This document shows, one piece after another, positions 1-8,192 of a stretch of 64,000 nucleotides of DNA (the first letter of the stretch is position 1; each line of letters starts with the position of its first letter). The position numbers were made by a program, and so were the translations under genes. The notes under the pieces were generated by a model, which saw only the letters and a program-made list of their open reading frames with translations, did not search any database and was not told the DNA's origin. The DNA is from a virus (lineage: Duplodnaviria; Heunggongvirae; Uroviricota; Caudoviricetes): the IMG/VR virus record IMGVR_UViG_3300043119_000732. One strand, written 5' to 3'.

Positions 1-99
1 TCAGGTAATACTAAACGTAAAAAGAGTTTTAGAGCTAGACATAAGTGCTCTACTGCAAAACCTGGTACAGCTAGATACATGGCTTGTAAGGACTGGTAA
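1..99 (+). CDS. 3' end of a small basic conserved phage protein (DUF6321-like), truncated by the window
   Basis: Frame 1 reads SGNTKRKKSFRARHKCSTAKPGTARYMACKDW*, resembling the 'RKSFRARH.C...ARYW.C..W' phage motif. Confidence 0.55.
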   Translation, partial: SGNTKRKKSFRARHKCSTAKPGTARYMACKDW

Positions 100-102
100 A
101 TC

Positions 103-896
103 ATGCCATATATAACAAAAGGTAAATGTGTCTATCGTAAGGACACTGGTAAAAAAGTTGGATGTACAAACGGTTCTGTTAAGAAATATATAACTGCTCT
201 CAGAATTGCAACAGCCAATGAATCATTTAAGACATTTAAACAGTTCTTTTTTGAGAGTATAGATTTTAATAAGCTACCTGATGCATGTCCTTATGGTTTT
301 GGATCAGTTTAGATCAAATTATACCTGTACTAGATAATCATATTACCACTGCAACGAGATATCTAGGTAAAAATAGAAATTTTGGTGAAGGTTCTATGTA
401 TACACAGATGTACAATAGAGGTTTTGTACGTGTAGTTGCAGATAAAGGTGAAGATATAATGTATGTACAATCATCTGTAAATAAACCTAACATCTCAGCA
501 AGAAGGATAGCAAGGGATGTAGCATTACACTACGGTCTCTAACCTGTAATAGAAAACGATAAACTATTTGAATCAGTTCAATACGATCTACCAGTATCAG
601 CACCATATGGTTTCTGGATTAAATATAATGAAATTATACCTGTAAGAGGTGGTCCAGGTGCTCATTGGAACACAGGTAGAGCGTATTTGCTTACAAAAGG
701 TATCGATACAAGTTTTGTACACGAACAAATGTTTAAATTAGGGTTTGTTAGGTGCGTATTTGATGTTATAGATATAGATGCAGGTATGGACATAGAATAT
801 AAACCAGGTACAACACCTAAGGAATCTATTAAGAAAGCAGAGAGTGTTGCAGAGTATTACGGTTCTATACCTTATAGTACACCACTAAAAGATTAA
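103..896 (+). pseudogene. Two-repeat phage protein interrupted by a -1 frameshift (~297-300) and an in-frame TAA (540-542)
   Basis: Track ORFs 103-312, 285-542 and 687-896 join into one protein with two copies of FES...PYGFWI...IIPV...QM...GFVR.V. ORFs 285-542 and 687-896 share a frame separated by one TAA. Confidence 0.65.
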
Positions 897-1054
897 TTAA
901 TTGTAGGTGTTAATGTTCTACCTTCAGCACCATATGGTGGTTGATTTATATAATTTACAGTATTTCTATACTGATTATTAGAGTATGCAGGCTTCTTTTT
1001 TAATTTACGTTTTATAACCTTACGTTCTGTAAAAAACTCTTTAAATTTTTTCAT
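893..1054 (-). CDS. Small basic protein (53 aa, MKKFKEFFTERKVIKRK...), not in the ORF track
   Basis: Manual translation. The ATG overlaps the stop of 1054..1404 (TAATG). It has an N-terminal F-K-x-F...E leader. Confidence 0.65.
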   Translation of the reverse strand: MKKFKEFFTERKVIKRKLKKKPAYSNNQYRNTVNYINQPPYGAEGRTLTPTIN

Positions 1055-1404
1055 TAATCGATATCTAACTCTATATCTGTAGAATATTTTTTCATTAAAC
1101 CTATTATCTTAGATAGAGATTCTCTTGCATTATTTTCGTTGATATTATCAATATCAGACATCTGCTCTATATCCTCAGGTTTGGGTGATATTACGAATGC
1201 TTTCTTAAGTAACCTTATTAAAAGAACTTCACCTTCTGGTGTTAGCTCTTTAGTTTGTTGTTCAGGTTCAGCTGGTTGCTCTTCTGTTTGTTGAGCTTCT
1301 TGAGGTGTTGGATTCTCTTCAGTATTAGGAGGTAATGGGGCTTCCTCATCAGCTTCATTAATTAGCTGATTCTTATAAAAATTTAATTTACTTAAAAATT
1401 TCAT
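1054..1404 (-). CDS. Hypothetical acidic protein, probable head/internal protein
   Basis: ORF track. E/P/Q-rich, with an N-terminal leader ending in LINE. Confidence 0.6.
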   Translation of the reverse strand: MKFLSKLNFYKNQLINEADEEAPLPPNTEENPTPQEAQQTEEQPAEPEQQTKELTPEGEVLLIRLLKKAFVISPKPEDIEQMSDIDNINENNARESLSKIIGLMKKYSTDIELDID

Positions 1405-1931
1405 TGTATTTTATTTGAAATATCTGTGACCTTTTTAGCAATTTTTCTCATTAATGTACCGTAAGCAGCATTCATTCTGTTTTGTGTTAGTGCTGCAGCA
1501 CCAAGCCCGCCTGCTTTTGTTGCTAATTTACCTGCAACTGTTACAGCGGCAATTGCGTCTTTACCTAAACCCATTTTCTTAAGTTGTGGGTCTTCTACTT
1601 CTTCGCTCTCTTCTTTAGCACCTGCTACTGCCTCACCACGTGCTTTTTCATATGAAGATAATTTACCGTCTTTATCAAGATCAGCTTTCTTAAAATCAAA
1701 CTCTTCATCTTCATCGGTAACAACTAGATCGGTAATATCGTCACCTTTATTAATATTTTCAACAACTTCATCAGCCACGTATGATAAACCTGAAGCCGTT
1801 TGTATACATTTTGCATTAATATCAACTTTACCTGTTGGTGTTGAAACTTTTACAACTGTGCATCCGGAATCTACACCTTCTAATAAAAATGATGAAATGA
1901 TCTGGTTAGCTTTTTTATCGAAAATACTCAT
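1401..1931 (-). CDS. Hypothetical head-associated protein with an EF-hand-like motif
   Basis: KKADLDKDGKLSSYE motif, leader ending in FLLE, and TAAATA-N5-ATG upstream. Confidence 0.6.
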   Translation of the reverse strand: MSIFDKKANQIISSFLLEGVDSGCTVVKVSTPTGKVDINAKCIQTASGLSYVADEVVENINKGDDITDLVVTDEDEEFDFKKADLDKDGKLSSYEKARGEAVAGAKEESEEVEDPQLKKMGLGKDAIAAVTVAGKLATKAGGLGAAALTQNRMNAAYGTLMRKIAKKVTDISNKIQ

Positions 1932-1948
1932 AATAATATTTATATTTA

Positions 1949-2506
1949 TTAACGAATATAAAGATGTTTAGTTGCAAGCCTGGTAAAGTATTCTTGATTT
2001 AAGTATATCAATCCGTATTTCTTAGTAAATTTTTTAATATTCTCGAATGTTATATCAGATTTAACAGGTGAATTACTAATTTCCTTTATTAAATTCAAGG
2101 TATTTAGTATTTTACCATCATCAGAGTTAGATTTGTACTTTAGATGCTTGCCACTATACTTACTTAAGTAGCATCTAATAGGTAAAGTCTTTTGTATTTT
2201 TGCAAATACACTTGTTAATATGCCCAATATATCTTCTTCTGTAAAGTATTGAAAGATTAGACAGTCTTCTAACTGAGTATTATTGAATAATACCACAGGT
2301 TTTCTAAGAGGACTACATAAATAAAACTCACAAATATCATGTATTACATGATGATACATTATTCGCTTAACATCTGTAGTTATTTTAGGTTTCAATAGAT
2401 CTAGCTTATATAAATCATTAACTATATCTACGTAGGTTTTTTCAACAAACATCGAATTAACGTCGATTATATTAATATCATCAGCAACATCGTATATAAC
2501 AGACAT
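1949..2506 (-). CDS. Hypothetical protein
   Basis: 185-aa ORF in a co-oriented block. Confidence 0.6.
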   Translation of the reverse strand: MSVIYDVADDINIIDVNSMFVEKTYVDIVNDLYKLDLLKPKITTDVKRIMYHHVIHDICEFYLCSPLRKPVVLFNNTQLEDCLIFQYFTEEDILGILTSVFAKIQKTLPIRCYLSKYSGKHLKYKSNSDDGKILNTLNLIKEISNSPVKSDITFENIKKFTKKYGLIYLNQEYFTRLATKHLYIR

Positions 2507-2526
2507 ACTGTATTATATACTGTATT

Positions 2527-2952
2527 TTATGTTTTCAACTTTTTTATAAAACAATTTTTACCTATTCTCAAATTTATGATACCGTTATAGTAATCCTCAC
2601 GTAATAGTACGTTCTCTTCGAATTGTAATTTTGCTTCAAAGTATGCTAATTCACTTTTAGAATCACAAAATTTTATAATTGAGAACGAAAAGTTATCTTT
2701 TCCGTACTTTTCTATGTCACTATTAACCTCATTAGAAGAAGATGTATAAGTCTTCCAATCTGTCTCAACGTCAAAATGCCTTTTATTCTTCTTACCTTTT
2801 AATGGTTTAAGCTTTTTTACACTTTTAATTTGTTTTTTACCTATATACTTTTTATTTGTTACTTTATTCTCTATCAAATAGATAAAGCCATAGGGTAACT
2901 CCTCAACATTTAATGATGTGCAATTAATCCAATGACCAAAATCTGTTATCAT
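2527..2952 (-). CDS. GIY-YIG nuclease (EndoII/Seg-like)
   Basis: YGFIYLIENKVTNKKYIGKK motif and conserved E in AYFEAKLQF. Confidence 0.8.
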   Translation of the reverse strand: MITDFGHWINCTSLNVEELPYGFIYLIENKVTNKKYIGKKQIKSVKKLKPLKGKKNKRHFDVETDWKTYTSSSNEVNSDIEKYGKDNFSFSIIKFCDSKSELAYFEAKLQFEENVLLREDYYNGIINLRIGKNCFIKKLKT

Positions 2953-3158
2953 TTTTTGTATTTACGTCTCTTTTTACGCTTTACAACACCACTGCGTCTA
3001 TATACTCTACCACCTTTTGGTATTCTATAGTCACCAGGTGCATACCAATCGCTATTGGCTATTGCATTGTGAGATACATTTGCAGCAGGCCCTAATGTAC
3101 CATCTGAGTAAGAGCTATCTTCTTTAAAAATAGCATAGAATTTTTTAAAACTTATCAT
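2949..3158 (-). CDS. Small head-associated protein (probable start MISFKKFYAIFKE at 3158)
   Basis: The track extends to 3314 over uvsY; the internal ATG at 3158 gives a typical leader and a basic tail. Confidence 0.6.
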   Translation of the reverse strand: MISFKKFYAIFKEDSSYSDGTLGPAANVSHNAIANSDWYAPGDYRIPKGGRVYRRSGVVKRKKRRKYKK

Positions 3159-3189
3159 TGATAATTGTATTATATATTTATAATATAAT

Positions 3190-3585
3190 ATGGAATTGTT
3201 AGAACGATATATAAAAGAAATCGAAGAAGATCTTAAGATTGACGAATTTAACATAAAAGAAGTAGGCCTAAGAATACCTGCTCGTAAACATTTTTGGGTT
3301 AGTAGACTGATCAATCATAAACGTAATCTATTAAAGCTCGAAAACGATAAGAATTTTTTTAAAAAAACTGTAATGACTGAACTACAAACACAGTCACCTG
3401 TTAAATTAAGTTTGATTACAGCAGAAAATGCTGCTGAAAACCATGATAAAATGAGAGAGATGAATATTAAAATAGGTGAAGAGAAAATAATCATAGAATT
3501 TCTTGAAAAGACAGAAAAGACATTTTCATCTATGACCTACGATGTTTCAAATATTATAAAAATAATGCAATTAGAGCAATTGTAA
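3190..3585 (+). CDS. uvsY: UvsY-like recombination mediator
   Basis: 131-aa helical protein (DLKIDE...IP..KH.W) immediately upstream of uvsW, as in T4-like phages. Confidence 0.7.
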   Translation: MELLERYIKEIEEDLKIDEFNIKEVGLRIPARKHFWVSRLINHKRNLLKLENDKNFFKKTVMTELQTQSPVKLSLITAENAAENHDKMREMNIKIGEEKIIIEFLEKTEKTFSSMTYDVSNIIKIMQLEQL

Positions 3586-5030
3586 TGAAAAGTATACGTA
3601 TAGATTATCTAAAAAATCGTGGACTTTGTAGGTTATCTGGTGATTTTCTAACTGAAATAAGGGAACATTTCAGTGTAAAGAACGAAGGTGCCTTTTTTAT
3701 GAGAAAAAAAGGGATGAGGTTTGTTGCTGATAGAAAATACTTTATAACACCTACAGGTATGTTTGAGCCGGGGCTATTTTTTGATATATGTAAATTTATA
3801 TCTGTAAGTTTTACTGATGTAAACCTAGATATTGATAAAGATATACCAAAGGTAGTTAGACCAACAGTAACCGGTGTTGATGTTTATGATGATCTATCTC
3901 TTAAACTTAGAGATTTTCAAAGCGAAACAATAAAGAACGCGCTTTCATTCGGTAGAGGTATAATTAAAATAGGTACAGGTGGTGGTAAGACTTTAATCTC
4001 AGCAAGTTTATTGAGTACGTTTTATAATTATAAGGTTAAGAAACTAAAAGCACTAATGATAGTTCCAGATCTATCACTTGTAAACCAAACACACTCTGAT
4101 TTTCTAAGCTATAAAGTACCATTTACTGTTACAAGATGGACTGGAAATATAGAACCTGATCTTAGCAGTGATGTTATCATAGCAAATATAGGTATATTAC
4201 AAAGCAAATATGCAGAAAATCTATGGATAAACGATGTAGATTTAGTTATTGTTGATGAAACGCACAAATTAAAAGGTAAAAACAAAATATGTAAACTTGT
4301 AGATGAAATTAAAACATACCATAAATTTGGTCTTACAGGTACATTACCTGATGATAGAGGTGAAGAGCTAAATATTATAAGTAAATTAGGTACTATTATC
4401 TATGAAAAGAGTAGTTTTGAATTAAGAGAAGAGAAATATCTTACACAAGTATCTATTAAAGTATTAGATATAGATTATACTACTAAAGTTCCTCAAATAC
4501 CTGGCACTAATAAGTATAAATCAGAATTAGAACACATCTATAATAATAAATTTAGAAACAATATAATTAATACACTATGCAAAAACTTTAATAACAATAC
4601 TCTAATACTAGTAAATCATATATCACACGGCCAGTTAATTTACGATAATCTTAAAGCTAAATTACAAGATAAAATCGTATATTTTATACGAGGTGATGTA
4701 GATGTAGATGAGAGAGACAGAGTTATTAAGGAGATGGAAGTTAAAGATAATATAGTTTGCGTTGCAATAAGTGCCATATTTTCTACTGGTATTAATGTAA
4801 AAAATATACATATGATAGTTTTTGGATCAGGTGGTAAAAGCTTTATAAGAATTATACAATCGATTGGTAGAGGTTTAAGATTACACAACAACAAACAAAA
4901 ATTGACTATTGTAGATATAGTAGATAATCTAAAATACGGTGGTGCTCACGGTATGCATCGCAAATCTATTTACGATAGAGAAAAAATTAATTATTCTTCA
5001 ACAAAACTGGTTGAAAAACCTCTAGATTAA
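3585..5030 (+). CDS. uvsW: UvsW SF2 DNA helicase
   Basis: LRDFQ Q-motif, GTGGGKT, VDETH, GLTGT, STGIN, QSIGRGLR. Confidence 0.92.
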   Translation: MKSIRIDYLKNRGLCRLSGDFLTEIREHFSVKNEGAFFMRKKGMRFVADRKYFITPTGMFEPGLFFDICKFISVSFTDVNLDIDKDIPKVVRPTVTGVDVYDDLSLKLRDFQSETIKNALSFGRGIIKIGTGGGKTLISASLLSTFYNYKVKKLKALMIVPDLSLVNQTHSDFLSYKVPFTVTRWTGNIEPDLSSDVIIANIGILQSKYAENLWINDVDLVIVDETHKLKGKNKICKLVDEIKTYHKFGLTGTLPDDRGEELNIISKLGTIIYEKSSFELREEKYLTQVSIKVLDIDYTTKVPQIPGTNKYKSELEHIYNNKFRNNIINTLCKNFNNNTLILVNHISHGQLIYDNLKAKLQDKIVYFIRGDVDVDERDRVIKEMEVKDNIVCVAISAIFSTGINVKNIHMIVFGSGGKSFIRIIQSIGRGLRLHNNKQKLTIVDIVDNLKYGGAHGMHRKSIYDREKINYSSTKLVEKPLD

Positions 5031-5043
5031 ATATAATCTCACT

Positions 5044-5493
5044 ATGGCAAAACGAGGTCCAAAACCTAAAAAGACAGAATATTATGTAGACCCTGAAGAG
5101 TTTAAACAGAAACTTGTTATATATTATAAATCTAATGAAATTACAAATGAGTTAGCTGAATATATTAATAAAATTGCAACAGGTCTAAGTTATTCCTCAA
5201 ATTTTATTAACTATACATATAGAGATGAAATGGTAGGCGATGCAATAGTAAAGATGTATACTGCAGTTAAGAATAAAAAGTTCGATATTAAATCAGAATT
5301 TAACCCTTTCAGTTACTTTACAACAATAGCATTCAATGCATTCATTAATAGAATCAAAAAAGAAAAGAAGCATCACGATACGATAACAGAGTATAAAGAA
5401 AGAATGTATGAGCAAGAGTTAACAGAAAATTGCGATGTTGACCTCTACGTAAAGCCAATTAGTGATGATTATGACAGTGACTCCTCTGAATAA
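5044..5493 (+). CDS. gp55: T4 gp55-like late sigma factor
   Basis: YYVD...F, FINYTYRDEMVGDA, NPFSYFTTIAFNAFINRIKKEKK. Confidence 0.92.
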   Translation: MAKRGPKPKKTEYYVDPEEFKQKLVIYYKSNEITNELAEYINKIATGLSYSSNFINYTYRDEMVGDAIVKMYTAVKNKKFDIKSEFNPFSYFTTIAFNAFINRIKKEKKHHDTITEYKERMYEQELTENCDVDLYVKPISDDYDSDSSE

Positions 5494-6532
5494 TAAAATA
5501 GCAATATTTACGGACTTACATTTAGGGGTACATCAAAATAGCGATTTTTGGTTAAATGTTGCTTTAAACTGGGCAAATTGGTTTGTATCTGAGCTCGAAT
5601 CTAATAATATAGATACTGTTATATTTTGTGGTGATTGGATGCATTATAGAGATGCAGTAGAAGTTAAAACTCTACATTATCACTCACTAATTTTACAAAA
5701 ATTAAGTAAATTTAAGATTATTATGATACCAGGTAACCATTGCTGCTATTATAAGAACACATCAGATGTTCATAGCCTTTCAATAATGAAAGGTAATTCT
5801 AATATACAAATTTTTGATAATATAACCAGTGTAGATTTTAATGGTAAACGATTTACATTCTGCCCTTGGGGATGTGACATAAAAGATATTCCGCAAAGTG
5901 ATGTAGTGTTTGGTCATTTTGAACTACAGAATTTTAGAATGAACGGTCATAAAATCTGCGAACATGGAGATAACCCAGATGATTTAACAGCAAAAAGTAA
6001 GCTAGTATTTTCAGGACACTTTCATCAACGAGATGAAAAGGTATTTTCAAACATCTGCAAAATAATTTACGTAGGTAACCCATTCCAGACAGACTTCGGT
6101 GATGCCTATCAAACAAAAGGTTATTATCTATTAGATACAGATACACTACAATTTGAATTTAAAGAAAACACATTAACACCTAAACATCTAAAAGTTTCTC
6201 TTTCAGAGATTATTACGAACAAAGACCCAATCACATATTTTAGCAATAACTTTAAAGGTAATATTATTAAGCTAATAGTAGATAAAAATATATCAACAGA
6301 CCATCTAGATCTTTTAGTCGGTAAAATAACAACATTTAAACCTGCAGATCTTAAAATAGATTACGATGTTAACTACAATAAACTAAAAGTACACGAAGAT
6401 GTAGTAGACTCTGACATAAAGGGCGCTGAAATAGAAAATATTGTAACAGAATTTGTAAGCATGTTAGATATAAATAACAAACAGGAAATTATAAAATATA
6501 CTTTATCCTTATACAATAAGGTAATTACATGA
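5462..6532 (+). CDS. gp47: gp47 / Mre11-SbcD-like recombination nuclease
   Basis: Metallophosphoesterase motifs DLHLG, GDWMH, GNH, GHF, SGHFH; adjacent to gp46. Confidence 0.92.
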   Translation: MMIMTVTPLNNKIAIFTDLHLGVHQNSDFWLNVALNWANWFVSELESNNIDTVIFCGDWMHYRDAVEVKTLHYHSLILQKLSKFKIIMIPGNHCCYYKNTSDVHSLSIMKGNSNIQIFDNITSVDFNGKRFTFCPWGCDIKDIPQSDVVFGHFELQNFRMNGHKICEHGDNPDDLTAKSKLVFSGHFHQRDEKVFSNICKIIYVGNPFQTDFGDAYQTKGYYLLDTDTLQFEFKENTLTPKHLKVSLSEIITNKDPITYFSNNFKGNIIKLIVDKNISTDHLDLLVGKITTFKPADLKIDYDVNYNKLKVHEDVVDSDIKGAEIENIVTEFVSMLDINNKQEIIKYTLSLYNKVIT

Positions 6533-6762
6533 AGTACGTAAACTTTAAAAACATAAAGATAAAAAACTTCCTATCAGTAGGTGATGATGTGGTTAGTTTA
6601 GACTTTAATACAGGTTTAAATATTATCACCGGTATTAATAGAGATAAGGAAGACAGAAGAAACGGTGTAGGTAAGTGTGTTGATCCGCAGACTGAAGTAA
6701 CTATTCAAATAAAGGATGCAATGGTTTTGGAAAAGTTTAAAAAATTTATTGAGAATCAATAA
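6529..6762 (+). CDS. gp46: gp46/Rad50 N-terminal part (49-aa N-extein) fused to a 28-aa split-intein N fragment
   Basis: KNFLSVG...G.N...NGVGK then CVDPQTEVTI (intein block A, Cys1 at 6676), ending at TAA 6760-6762. Confidence 0.88.
   Translation: MKYVNFKNIKIKNFLSVGDDVVSLDFNTGLNIITGINRDKEDRRNGVGKCVDPQTEVTIQIKDAMVLEKFKKFIENQ
6676..6759 (+). mobile_element. Split intein N fragment (28 aa)
   Basis: Begins with Cys right after the Walker A GK; CVDPQTEV matches block A. Confidence 0.85.
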
Positions 6763-6770
6763 ATAATTAT

Positions 6771-7852
6771 ATGAGTTACAATTCACCACAACAATGGCAA
6801 TTTTGGGTAACTAGAAAAAGAATCAACCCTGATACTGGAATAGTTTTTACAGAAGAAGAAGCAAAAAGGCATGTAAGCTCATTTAGAAAATCCTCAAAGT
6901 ACTTTTGGATTAAAAAAGGGTATACAGAAGATGAGGCTATTAAAAAAGTATTAGAGCATCAACAAATATTATCGCAAAAAAGTAAAAGCAAAAATACAGG
7001 ACGAAAGGATTGGAGAAATAATCAAGTTGGTTATTGGGTTAAAAAGGATTAACAACGCAAGATGCAATTAATAAGGTTAAGGAAAGGCAGTCTACGTTTT
7101 CACTTAAAAAATGTATTGAAAAGTATGGAGAATTAGAAGGTTTAAAAGTTTTTAATAACCGACAGAAAAAGTGGCAAATTACATTACTTTGTAAAAGTAG
7201 TAAAGAAATTGAGTTAATAAACAAACTTAAACAACATAGTTTAGAGTCGTTTATATTACGAAATTGTAATTTAGATGATTATTGTAAATTTAGGGTACAA
7301 AAAGGTTCAGATCAATACATCATACACAAAACAAAAAAGTATATTTTAGAAAACAAAATAGAACAAACAACAGAAAATTTTAACACACACTATTATAATT
7401 TTAAATATATTACATATAAGAAACGCGGCAAAGCCTCTAAAGAAAGTTTAAAGATTTTAATACCTTTATATAAGTTTTGTAGGAAATTAGGTATACAACG
7501 TAATGATATCATGATAGGAATTACAGGGTCTAAGGAGTTCTCATTAAGAGATAATAAAAAAATATTTTACTTTGATTTTACAATATCTTCTCTTAAGATT
7601 ATTATCGAATACAACAGATATGAATTTCACCCAGATCCTGAAATTATGTCACATGATGAAATTAAAAATTTTAAATACCCATATAAAAACATCTCCATAA
7701 CATCAAAAATAGAACATGAAAAAAAGAAACATTTAATTGCTAAAGACAATGGATATAATATTATTAAATTTTGGTCACACAAACCATATAACAGTCAAAT
7801 AGAAAGTATAAAAAAAGAAATTAATGAAAGCTACTGTAAAACAAATAGCTGA
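6771..7852 (+). CDS. Free-standing Vsr/DUF559-like PD-(D/E)xK homing endonuclease with a -1 frameshift at 7041-7046
   Basis: Repeats FWIKKGYTEDEAIKKV and (after -1 shift) YWVKKGLTTQDAINKV; the shifted frame is open into track ORF 7511-7852, which has FYFDF...IIIEYN..EFH. It has its own TAAATA-N5-ATG. Confidence 0.75.
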
Positions 7853-8192
7853 TTTTTATAAAGTATATCCTCAATATAAAGGTCATATTGATGTAGAGAC
7901 AAGATTTGGGTTTAACCCTATCGATGAAGCAGATGTAACAGCATACAATGAACAAGTTTATGAAATTGAAACTGATGCCGGAAAAAACCTTAAATGTTCA
8001 GGTAACCATAGAGTATTTACAGGTGTAGAGTTTGTAAAGGTTCAACATTTAAATGTAAATGAAATTGTTCATACAAAGGACGGTTGTGAAACTATAAAAT
8101 ACGTAAGAGGTACTAATTTATTTAAAAATTTATATGATTTGCAAGTTAGAAACGTTAAGGAATATTATAGTAACGGTATTACATCACACAAT
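7824..8192 (+). mobile_element. Split intein C fragment (123 aa)
   Basis: Ends His-Asn at 8187-8192, followed by Ser+1 at 8193. Confidence 0.88.

Noticed and set aside
540-542. Genome-wide stop-codon reassignment
   Set aside because: Core genes translate full-length with code 11 and end at TAA, TAG or TGA. Only one in-frame TAA anomaly was seen.
598-942. 15-bp repeat TCAGCACCATATGGT at ~597 and ~923
   Set aside because: There are only two copies, both inside coding sequence of opposite-strand genes encoding PYG, so coincidence is plausible.
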